Assembly (NCBI GenBank): GCA_016218805.1
Contig: JACRCW010000013.1
Coordinates: 1 to 48,799 of the forward strand
Length of the DNA: 48,799 nt
DNA from: Deltaproteobacteria bacterium
GTDB lineage: Bacteria > Myxococcota > JACRCW01
Direction: 5' to 3'
Both the position numbers and the translations under genes were made by a program. The notes beneath the pieces were generated by a model. The model did no database searches. It was not told the origin of the DNA and saw only the letters and a program-made list of their open reading frames with translations. Below are positions 1-8,553 of this stretch, piece by piece; position 1 is the first letter of the stretch; each line of letters opens with the position of its first letter.

Positions 1-316
1 CCCGCGCGTCACCCGTCAAGGTTCGATCTAGACGAACACTGGTCTCCTCATCGGCTGGCCGGGGCAGCTCGGATTCCCACCCCACGGGCGTACTTGAGAC
101 GCGGCCGCGCCCCCGCCCGGGTACAAACGTGGCCCGGCACGGCGGGCGCCGGAGCAACCTCCGCGCCACGCGCGCCATCGCAGATTGTCTCTCCATGCCA
201 ACCGGGTGCGGCCGGTTTTTCAGACACCACTGACCGGAAACCGGTCACCCGCCGCGCGCACCGTCTGACTCCGACACCACCGGGCGGCATCACGCCTGCA
301 GCCCCGGGTGCGCGGG

Positions 317-649
317 TCAGTCCTCTTCCTCAACCTCTTCCTCTTCCTCAACCTCGTACGCGCCCATGGACTCCAGCAGTCCCTGCAGCATGTCGGTGGT
401 TTCGTTGGTCCAGGCCTGGATGCGGATGGAGGTGCCCTTGGCGCGCGCCATGGGCGTTTCCTCCCAGTCCGTGTCGGAGTCGCGATCCCAGGCCCATTCC
501 TCGCCGTCCAGCCCAAAGTCCTCAAACACCGGCGGCATCTCGTCGCCGCTGGCCTCCATGACCCACGCAAACCAGCTGTTGAGGGCCTTGGCGGCGGCGC
601 TCGCCACCTCTGCGCTGTCGAACACACCGACGATGGTGACGGACTTCAT
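317..649 (-). CDS. small highly acidic hypothetical protein (110 aa)
   Basis: Protein-like 3' part of ORF 317..979 from ATG 649 (MKSVTIVGVF...) with GGAG upstream; D/E-rich with EVEEEEEVEEED tail. Confidence 0.75.
   Translation of the reverse strand: MKSVTIVGVFDSAEVASAAAKALNSWFAWVMEASGDEMPPVFEDFGLDGEEWAWDRDSDTDWEETPMARAKGTSIRIQAWTNETTDMLQGLLESMGAYEVEEEEEVEEED
321..355. repeat. 18-bp tandem duplication encoding the poly-Glu tail
   Basis: tcctcttcctcaacctc(t) occurs twice in tandem. Confidence 0.7.
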
Positions 650-801
650 GCCTGGCACTCCCGCAAAAGGGCCCGGGTGCACGCCCTGCCCGACCGGTGG
701 ACGCTTACGCAGGCAGCAACCCCGTGCGCAAGGGCCCGCGGGGAGGGAGTTGGCTGGACGGGGCGCCCGGCGAGCGATAACGCACCGCCCGCGTGGTGAA
801 C

Positions 802-2853
802 ATGTCCCGGGTGCCGTCGCCGCTGTGGTGGGTTGCCGTGCTGGCCGCGCTGCTGTTGGGGATGGCGGTGGCGGCAGAGTTGCTGCTGCCCGGCCCTGCG
901 CCAGCGGCGGAACAGCCGGTTGCGCCCGCCCAGACCCGGGCGGCGCGTCCGGAGGCCACGCCGTCCGCCCCGGCATCACCCGACCCGTCCCCGCCGCGTC
1001 CGATCCCAGCCGCGGTCACGGTGGAGGGCCTGGTGGTGGATGGCGCTGACGGGCGGGGGATCACGGGGGCCCGGGTTACCGCGTCAGGCGAGTCCGCGTC
1101 CGCCCTCACGGACAGCGGCGGGCGGTTCACGCTGGGCCTGCGCGCCCGGACCGGGGTGCTGCGCGCCACGGCGCCCGGCTACGAATCCGCGGAAGCCGCC
1201 GTCCCCGCACCGGGTGCCGGGGCCGCGCGGATCACGCTGAAGCGGACCACGCTGCTGCGGGTGCTGGTCCAGCACGGGCCGGGCAGGCCGGCTGCCGGCG
1301 CGCGGGTGGACGTGACGCCACCCACGCCGCCGCGCACCGCCACCACGGACGCGCGGGGCCTGGTGGAGCTCACCGGCATCCCCGCGGACGGCTACCGCGT
1401 GAGTGCGCGCAGTGAGGACGGGCACGCAGCGGCCGCCGGCGAGGTGGCGGTCCCCGCGGGGCAGCACGCGGAGCTGGTCCTCACCCTGGGACCCGCGGCA
1501 AGCGTGGCCGGTGACGTGGTGGAGGCGGACGGCCGGCCGGCGGACGGTGCGCGCGTCTGGGTGGAATCCGCGGATGGATCGCCGCTGGGGAGCGGTGGCG
1601 CGGCGGGCAACGGCGTGTTCCTGCTGGAAGGGCTGGCGGTGGCGGACCAGGCACGGGTGTTTGCCGTGTTGGGGGGCCGGCAGGGACGCAGTGAGCTGCT
1701 GGCGCTGCGCGCGGGGCGCACCACGCCCGGCATCCACGTGGTGCTGGCCAAGGGCGGGCTGTCCATCGCGGGGATGGTGATGGATGACGACGGTGTCCCC
1801 ACCGGCGGCGCGCAGGTGGAGCTGGCGCCCGCCTGGCACGGCGGCGAACAGTCCTGGGCCAGCACCACCAGCGACGGCGACGGGCGGTTTGAATTCGGCG
1901 ACCTCTCCGAGGGCCGTTACGACCTGACTGCGAAGTTTGGCCAGCAGGAAGCGGTGTTGGATGACGTCAAGGCGGGGCAGCGCTCCGTGATCCTGCAGCT
2001 GGCCTCCCAGGCCATGGTGGAGGGCCGCGTGGTGGACGAAAACGGCCGCCCGGTGCCCGCGTTCCGCGTGCGCGTGGATTTCCTGCGTGACACCACGCCC
2101 GCGGGTGAAGCCGGCCGGATCCGCCGCGGCGCGCGCCGCGCTGCGGACGTGAATGATCCCACCGGGCGCTTCCGGCTGGGCCCCGTCTCACGCGGTATCT
2201 ACCGGCTGGAAGCGGTGGATCCCGCGGGGCGGCTGGGCCAGGTGGAGACGCAGGTGTTCGGCCGCCGCAGCGTGGATGTGGGTGACGTTAAGCTGCTGGG
2301 ATCCGGCACCGTGATGGGCAAGGTGGTGGACCGCCGGGACGGGCGCCCCGTGCCGGGTGCTGCCGTCCGCGCTGACCGCGCCGGCGAACCGGCCACCACC
2401 GGGGCTGACGGCCGCTTCTCCGTCCGCATTCCGCCCGGGCCTGCCGTGCTGTGGGTGGAGCACCCGGCGTACTTCGCCAAGCGCGTGATCGCCGGGATTG
2501 TGGAGGTCAACGGCGTGCTGGACGCCGGCGAACTCCCCCTCATCGGCGGCACGCTGCGCGAGATCGAGGGCCGCCAGGGATTCGGCGGCGTGGGTGCCAC
2601 CCTGAAGGATGAGAAGGGCAACGTCGTCGTGGAGGGGCTCATTGGTGACGGCCCGGCGGCGCGCAACGGGCTGCAGAAGGGGGACGTGATCCTCGCCGTA
2701 GACGGCCAGACCATGCACGGCAAGGGTGTGCAGGAGGCCATTGCCAACATCCGCGGTGAAACCGGGTCCACCGTGGACCTCCGCATCCGGCGCGGTGGCC
2801 AGGAGTTGACCGTCACCATCCGGCGTGAACCCATCAACATTGAGGGACGTTGA
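802..2853 (+). CDS. carboxypeptidase regulatory-like (Cna-B/transthyretin-like) repeat protein with C-terminal PDZ domain
   Basis: N-terminal hydrophobic anchor; repeated GxVVDxxGxPxxGAxV...TDxxGRF modules; C-terminal GFGGVGA...GPAARNGLQKGDVILAVDG...IRGETGSTVDLRIRR resembles a CtpA-type PDZ; start ATG 802 or GTG 793. Confidence 0.85.
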   Translation: MSRVPSPLWWVAVLAALLLGMAVAAELLLPGPAPAAEQPVAPAQTRAARPEATPSAPASPDPSPPRPIPAAVTVEGLVVDGADGRGITGARVTASGESASALTDSGGRFTLGLRARTGVLRATAPGYESAEAAVPAPGAGAARITLKRTTLLRVLVQHGPGRPAAGARVDVTPPTPPRTATTDARGLVELTGIPADGYRVSARSEDGHAAAAGEVAVPAGQHAELVLTLGPAASVAGDVVEADGRPADGARVWVESADGSPLGSGGAAGNGVFLLEGLAVADQARVFAVLGGRQGRSELLALRAGRTTPGIHVVLAKGGLSIAGMVMDDDGVPTGGAQVELAPAWHGGEQSWASTTSDGDGRFEFGDLSEGRYDLTAKFGQQEAVLDDVKAGQRSVILQLASQAMVEGRVVDENGRPVPAFRVRVDFLRDTTPAGEAGRIRRGARRAADVNDPTGRFRLGPVSRGIYRLEAVDPAGRLGQVETQVFGRRSVDVGDVKLLGSGTVMGKVVDRRDGRPVPGAAVRADRAGEPATTGADGRFSVRIPPGPAVLWVEHPAYFAKRVIAGIVEVNGVLDAGELPLIGGTLREIEGRQGFGGVGATLKDEKGNVVVEGLIGDGPAARNGLQKGDVILAVDGQTMHGKGVQEAIANIRGETGSTVDLRIRRGGQELTVTIRREPINIEGR

Positions 2854-2860
2854 GACCGCC

Positions 2861-3565
2861 ATGCCCGACACCACCGCTGCCACCCGCCCCGAATCCCGCC
2901 GCGACCTCTTCCTGTGGGGTGCGGTGGCGCTGTCGCTCGCCGTGGCGCTGACGCCGTGGGGACGGCTGGCGCTCTACCCCTTCACCCTGTTCACCACCTG
3001 GGTCCATGAATGCGGCCACGCGCTGATGGCCACGTTGCTGGGCGGTGACGTTGCCAGTGTGACCATAGAGCCGGACACCTCCGGGCTGACGCGCTCCATG
3101 ACGCCGGACACGCTGGTGGTCCGCGGCCTGGTCTCCACCAGCGGCTACCTGGGTGCCAGCGTGTTCGGCTGCGTGCTGCTCGTAGCCACGCGGCTGGAGC
3201 GGCTGGCGCGGCTCATCATCTGGACACTGGGCGTGCTCATGCTGCTGTCATTGGTGTTCTGGGTGCGCAACCTGTTTGGCGCGGGCGTGGTGCTCACCTG
3301 GGGCGCTGCGCTCATCTGGCTGGGGCGCCGGGGCCACGGGGCGGTGGCGCAGTGGGTGCTGTCCCTGCTGGCCGTCCAGGTGGCGCTCAACGCGCTGTAT
3401 GACATCCGCATCCTGTTCTCCGTGTCTGACGGCCATTCGGATGCGCTGTCCATGGAGAAGCTGTTCCTGCTGCCCTACTGGTTCTGGGCCGGCGGCTGGA
3501 TGCTGGCCAGCGCGGTCATGGTGGCCGCCACCCTCTGGCTCACGCGCACGCGCCCACCCCGCTGA
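2861..3565 (+). CDS. M50B-like membrane metallopeptidase
   Basis: HECGH zinc motif in a TM helix, SGY motif, several TM helices, C-terminal HSDA. Confidence 0.85.
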   Translation: MPDTTAATRPESRRDLFLWGAVALSLAVALTPWGRLALYPFTLFTTWVHECGHALMATLLGGDVASVTIEPDTSGLTRSMTPDTLVVRGLVSTSGYLGASVFGCVLLVATRLERLARLIIWTLGVLMLLSLVFWVRNLFGAGVVLTWGAALIWLGRRGHGAVAQWVLSLLAVQVALNALYDIRILFSVSDGHSDALSMEKLFLLPYWFWAGGWMLASAVMVAATLWLTRTRPPR

Positions 3566-4773
3566 TGCGCGGCTACCTGAACCTGCCCCGCCAGGTCTGG
3601 CTGCTGGCCGTGGGGCAGGTGATCAACCGCGCGGGCGCGCTGCTCATCCCGTTTCTCGCCGTGTACCTGCGTGATCACCTCCGGTTGTCCACGGAGGCGG
3701 CCACGTTGGCGGTGGGCGCGTGGGGGCTGGGGTCCATCTTCGGGTCACTGGCCGGCGGCCAGCTGGCGGACGCGTGGAGCCGGCGCGGCACCATGCTGGT
3801 CAGCCTGTTTGGCTCCGCGGGGATCATGCTGGGGTACGCCTATTTGACCAGCGCGCCCGCCGTCATTGCCGGCACGTTCCTGCTGGCGCTGGTGGCGGAC
3901 CTGTTCCGCCCGGCGTCATCCGCCATGATCGCGGACCTGGTGGATGAGCACCAGCGCGGCCCCGCGTACGCCCTGATGTACACCGCGGTGAACCTGGGGT
4001 TCACCATGGCGCCCGTCATTGGCGGCTATCTGCTGGCCACCCACGTGCACCTGGTGTTCTGGGGTGACGCGGGCACCACGTGCCTGTTTGGCCTCATGGT
4101 CCTGGTGGCCGTGCCGGACACGCTGCCCCACCACACCGTGCGCGAGCCCGCCGCCCCGCTGCGTGATGCGCTGGTGGACATGTTCCACAACCGCCGCTTT
4201 GTCCTGTTCTGCACGGGCGCGCTGCTGACCGGGTTTGTCTTCATGCAGCACATTGCCACCCTGCCGCTGCACATGACGGCCTCCGGGATGGCGCCGCAGG
4301 TGTACGGCCGCACCATTGCGCTCAACGGCGCCATCGTCGTGCTGCTGCAGCTCCCCGTGGCCCAGTTTGCCGCGCGCCTGCCGCGCGGGGCCACGGTTGC
4401 CGCGGCCTCCATCATTGTCGGCGCCGGCTTTGGGCTGACGGCGTTTGCGTGGGATGCGTGGACGTTTGCGGCCACCATTGCGGTGTGGAGCCTGGGCGAA
4501 GTCCTGCAGATGCCGTTCATGCAGGCCATTGTCGCGGACCTGGCGCCCACGCAATTCCGCGGGCGCTACCTGGGCGTGTTCTCCCTGAGTTTCTCCGTGG
4601 CCAACACGGTGGCCACGCCGCTGGGCGGGGTGGTGTTGGCGCGCCTGGGCGGGAACTTTGTCTGGGGGGCCTGCGCGGTGACGGGGCTGCTGTCCGCGCT
4701 GTTCTTCCACGCCGCCACCCGGAAAGCCGCTGCGGGGACCGCCGCCCGTTCCGGCGCGCACTCAGGGATCTGA
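3565..4773 (+). CDS. MFS transporter
   Basis: About 12 TM segments; MFS motif A-like GQLADAWSRR; TGATG overlap with the upstream gene. Confidence 0.9.
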   Translation: MRGYLNLPRQVWLLAVGQVINRAGALLIPFLAVYLRDHLRLSTEAATLAVGAWGLGSIFGSLAGGQLADAWSRRGTMLVSLFGSAGIMLGYAYLTSAPAVIAGTFLLALVADLFRPASSAMIADLVDEHQRGPAYALMYTAVNLGFTMAPVIGGYLLATHVHLVFWGDAGTTCLFGLMVLVAVPDTLPHHTVREPAAPLRDALVDMFHNRRFVLFCTGALLTGFVFMQHIATLPLHMTASGMAPQVYGRTIALNGAIVVLLQLPVAQFAARLPRGATVAAASIIVGAGFGLTAFAWDAWTFAATIAVWSLGEVLQMPFMQAIVADLAPTQFRGRYLGVFSLSFSVANTVATPLGGVVLARLGGNFVWGACAVTGLLSALFFHAATRKAAAGTAARSGAHSGI

Positions 4774-5868
4774 GCAGCGGTGCGTGAGGACCTGGTCCTG
4801 CCCGTTCTCCATGGAATGCGTCTCCACCAGCGTCAGGGAACCGGCCTGCAGCGTTCCCTGCACGCTGGTGATGCGGGCCCCCACGGGAAGCGCCACCGCA
4901 TCCCGGAGAACGTGCGGCGCGTCCAGCACCGTCAGCACCAACTCGGTGGCAGCGCGCGCGTGGAGAATGCGGACGCGCCCCGCCGCATCCACTCCCGCCA
5001 CCAGCAGCCGGGAGTCGTCGGCGCTCACCAGTGCGGCGTCCAACTGCATCTCCGCCTGCGGGCCGGCGTTGGACGTCAGCATCATCGCGTGAAGCCTGGC
5101 GCGGTCGCCCGCCTGGCTGCGGTACACCAACCACGCGCGGCCCTGGCCGTCCACCAGCCCCGCCAGGTCCATCACGTCATCAGACGCACCGGCCCGCACG
5201 TCCACCGGCGCCCAGCCTGCGGCGCTCCAGCGGCCCGCGTAGACGGACGCGCCTACGCTGGCAGAAACCCACGTGCCGCCCACCGCGCCCGGTGCCACCG
5301 CAACCCGCGCGGGAGTTGTGGCGTGCCGCGCCGCCTCCGGCGGCAGTGCCAGGGATGTCACCTGCCAGGATCCGTCCGGGCGTTCCTCGGCCAGCCACAG
5401 TGCAATGGGGGCGCGCGTGATGAACACCACCCGCGCGGGCCCGGTGCCTTCACGGAAGTGCGCCACGTCAGCCACGTCCAGCCCGGCCGCCGCGCGCGCG
5501 GTCCCGCTCCAGGACGCGCCGTCCAGGGACCGAGCCACCTGCAGGCCGTCCACCGAATACAACGCAATCCACCCGCCCCCGTCCGCTGCGAGCGCGCCGC
5601 GCCGGCTGGCGGGTGCCGCCGGGTGCACCACGGTGGTCTGCCAGCCCTGTCCAGTCTCCACGGTGTGCTGGAGGCTGGCCGCGTTCGCCAGCAGGGCTCC
5701 CAACGCGCCGCCCGGGGACGTGGCCGCGGCCAGCACGCGCAGCGCGTCCCCCTGCTGGCGCAACTGGTCCACCCACGGCCGGCACACGGGGACGGAACTG
5801 GGGCCTCCGCCCCAACACGCCGCAGCCAACCCCCACCATCCCAACACCACCCCAATGCGCACGTTCAT
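4762..5868 (-). CDS. putative lipoprotein, possible beta-propeller
   Basis: ATG 5868 (MNVRIGVVLGWWGLAAAC, lipobox-like); repeated beta-rich units with W (GWQTTVV, RSLDGASW, DGSWQVT, DGQGRAWLVY, DAAGRVRILH); divergent from the cytochrome gene. Confidence 0.6.
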   Translation of the reverse strand: MNVRIGVVLGWWGLAAACWGGGPSSVPVCRPWVDQLRQQGDALRVLAAATSPGGALGALLANAASLQHTVETGQGWQTTVVHPAAPASRRGALAADGGGWIALYSVDGLQVARSLDGASWSGTARAAAGLDVADVAHFREGTGPARVVFITRAPIALWLAEERPDGSWQVTSLALPPEAARHATTPARVAVAPGAVGGTWVSASVGASVYAGRWSAAGWAPVDVRAGASDDVMDLAGLVDGQGRAWLVYRSQAGDRARLHAMMLTSNAGPQAEMQLDAALVSADDSRLLVAGVDAAGRVRILHARAATELVLTVLDAPHVLRDAVALPVGARITSVQGTLQAGSLTLVETHSMENGQDQVLTHRCSDP

Positions 5869-5997
5869 GCGCGCACCCTTCCAGACCGCCGTCGGGCTGA
5901 CAACGTCGGGCGCGCGCGGACGGCTGGAGCTGAGACAGGACACTTTGCCGCATCCGCCCACTGCCCGAAGGCGTGCGTCTTGACCGGAAGTCCGTGA

Positions 5998-8553
5998 TTG
6001 CCCAACTTCGCTGGCGCCGTGCACAACACCACACCAGCACCCGTGATTCCGCGGGCGGCGCGGTCCTTTCGCGCGGCGGCGACGCTGCTGCTGGTCCTGG
6101 CTCCCCAGCTGACGACGGCGCAGACGCTGTCTCCCGGCCGGCTCGGCCGCTCCCACGAAGAGCTGGAGGGCGTGGTCAACTGCACCAAATGCCATGAATT
6201 CGGCAAGAAGCTGGACGGTGACCGCTGCCTGGAATGCCATGATTCCCTGCGCAAGGAGATTGCCGCGCCGCGCGGCATGCACGCGCGCCTGGTGAAGGAT
6301 GACCGCGCGTGCCTGGAGTGCCACCACGATCACCGCGGCGTGGACGCGTCACTGACGGAGTGGGGCGGCCCGCGCGAGAAGTGGGACCACGGCAAGGCGG
6401 GGTGGCCGCTGGACGGCAAGCACGCGGAGGCCCGCTGCAAGGACTGCCATGAGCCGCGGCGGGTGACCGAGAGCGCGCTGAAGAAGCGGTTCGCGGCCGG
6501 CAAGCCGGGGACGTACCTGGGCCTGGGCCGGCGGTGCGTGGACTGCCACTTTGACGAGCACCGCGGCCAGTTCAAGGTGGCGTGCGACAAGTGCCACGGC
6601 GCCAAGGCCTTCAAGCCGGCGCCCCGGTTTGACCACGCCGCGTCCTTCCGGCTCCGCGGCGCCCACGCCACCACGGCGTGCCGGGGCTGCCACCCGCGGG
6701 TGGAGGAGCCCGCCGGGCAGGCGTTCCCGGCGCCCAAGGACCCGCGCGGCTACGTGCGCTACCACGGCGCGCCCAAGCGCTGCGTGGACTGCCACAAGGA
6801 CGTGCACAAGGGCGCCTACGGCAACGCGTGCAGCCGGTGTCACAATGAGACCGACTGGCACGCCACGCGGATTGCCTCGGCCGAGCCGCATTTCCACGAC
6901 AAGACCAACTTCCCGCTGCTGGGAAAGCACCGCAATGTGGCGTGTGACCACTGCCACCCGGGCAAGCCTGGCGGCGGCCTGCAATTGACGGGTTTTCCAT
7001 ACCAGGAATGCATGAATTGCCACGTGGACGCACACCTGGGCCAGCTCAAACCCGGACCGGACCGCCTGGTGTACTGCGAGCGTTGCCACGACGAGGAGGG
7101 GTTTGCGCCCACCACCTTCCCGCGCGCCGAGCACGAGTACACCCGGCTGCCATTGGACGGCGCACACCGCGCGGTGGCGTGTGACAGCTGCCACGCGGAG
7201 GACCGCGCGCGCTTTGCCGGGGTGGAACTGCCGCGCCGCCCGGCCGGGCGGCCGGAACGCCGCACGGACGCGGTCAGCTTTGTGGCGCTGGTGTTCCCGG
7301 ACAAGGACCCGGAGCGGTGCGATTCGTGCCACCAGGACCCGCACGCCGGACAGTTCACCCGCGGCGGCGAGCCGCGCCGCTGTGAAGCGTGCCACACCGC
7401 GGATGACTGGCGGCAGCTTCAGTTTGATCACGCGCGGGACACGGCCTTCCCGTTGCGGGGCGCGCACGCGCGCGGTGCCTGCACGTCCTGCCACGTGGCG
7501 CCCGGCGCGGCGCAGCCGGTGACCTGGCGGGGTGCGCCCGCCCGGTGCGCCTCCTGTCACGACGACGTCCACCGCGGGCAGTTCAACGCCGCCGGAGGGA
7601 ACCCGGCGGACTGCGCCCGGTGTCACGACGAGAACGCCTTCAAACCGGCCACGTTTGTGCACGCCGGCGTGTTTGACCTCAAGGGGCGCCATGCATCCGC
7701 ACGGTGCGCGGCCTGCCACCCCGCCCTCCCCGGCTCCGCCGCCGCCTGGTACCGCGGCGTCCCACGCCGCTGCGAGTCCTGCCATGCCGACTTCCACGCC
7801 GCCGGCGCCGCCGCGGTGCCCTCCGCGTCACGCGGGCCGTGCGCCGGCTGCCATGACGAGACCGACTGGCAGCGCGTGACCTTTGACCACGACAACACGC
7901 GCATGCCGCTGCGGGATGCCCACGCGGGCCAACCGTGCCGCGCGTGCCACCAGGATGCCTCCCGGCTGGCCATCGACACCGCATGCGGGTCCTGCCACGT
8001 GGACGTGCATGGCGGCCGGTTGGGGACCGAGTGCCTGCGCTGCCATGACCAGCGGACGTTCCGGTCAGGCGCGGGCGTGGAGGCGCACGCCGCCACGCGG
8101 TTCCCACTGTATGGCCGCCACGCCGTCACCCCGTGCGACCGTTGCCACGTGAACCGCGCGGACCGCACCTACGGCGGGGTGACGCCGGACTGCGCCCGCT
8201 GCCACGCGGATGACGCCGCCCGCACGGCGGGGCGCGGTGTGGATCACGCCCCGCTGGGCCCGGAACCGGACTGTCGCCGGTGCCACACCACGGTGACGTT
8301 CACCGGGGGCGTGTTGCCGGAGCATGACCGCTGCTTCAACATCTACACGGGCCCGCACCGCGGAATTGCGTGCAACCGCTGCCACACGTCACTGGCCGGT
8401 TTGGGCGTGGACAATTGCACGTCATTCACCGCCATGTGCACCCATTGCCATGCGTGCGAAAAGATGGACCGCATCCATGAACCCCGCCACGTCGTCGGCT
8501 ACCAGTGTGCCGACCGGAAATGTTACGAGTGCCATGGCCTGCGTCGTCGTTGA
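5998..8553 (+). CDS. 30-heme multiheme cytochrome c (ten triheme repeats), Sec signal peptide
   Basis: 30 CxxCH counted; repeat FDH-x-FPLxGxH-x-CxxCH...CxxCH-xDxHxG...CxxCH; signal-peptide-like AAATLLLVLAPQLTTA; start uncertain (TTG 5998, GTG 6019 or GTG 6043). Confidence 0.93.
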   Translation: MPNFAGAVHNTTPAPVIPRAARSFRAAATLLLVLAPQLTTAQTLSPGRLGRSHEELEGVVNCTKCHEFGKKLDGDRCLECHDSLRKEIAAPRGMHARLVKDDRACLECHHDHRGVDASLTEWGGPREKWDHGKAGWPLDGKHAEARCKDCHEPRRVTESALKKRFAAGKPGTYLGLGRRCVDCHFDEHRGQFKVACDKCHGAKAFKPAPRFDHAASFRLRGAHATTACRGCHPRVEEPAGQAFPAPKDPRGYVRYHGAPKRCVDCHKDVHKGAYGNACSRCHNETDWHATRIASAEPHFHDKTNFPLLGKHRNVACDHCHPGKPGGGLQLTGFPYQECMNCHVDAHLGQLKPGPDRLVYCERCHDEEGFAPTTFPRAEHEYTRLPLDGAHRAVACDSCHAEDRARFAGVELPRRPAGRPERRTDAVSFVALVFPDKDPERCDSCHQDPHAGQFTRGGEPRRCEACHTADDWRQLQFDHARDTAFPLRGAHARGACTSCHVAPGAAQPVTWRGAPARCASCHDDVHRGQFNAAGGNPADCARCHDENAFKPATFVHAGVFDLKGRHASARCAACHPALPGSAAAWYRGVPRRCESCHADFHAAGAAAVPSASRGPCAGCHDETDWQRVTFDHDNTRMPLRDAHAGQPCRACHQDASRLAIDTACGSCHVDVHGGRLGTECLRCHDQRTFRSGAGVEAHAATRFPLYGRHAVTPCDRCHVNRADRTYGGVTPDCARCHADDAARTAGRGVDHAPLGPEPDCRRCHTTVTFTGGVLPEHDRCFNIYTGPHRGIACNRCHTSLAGLGVDNCTSFTAMCTHCHACEKMDRIHEPRHVVGYQCADRKCYECHGLRRR

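Noticed and set aside
178..201. Possible sigma54 promoter (TTGGCAT) on the minus strand
   Set aside because: No GC at the required -12 position
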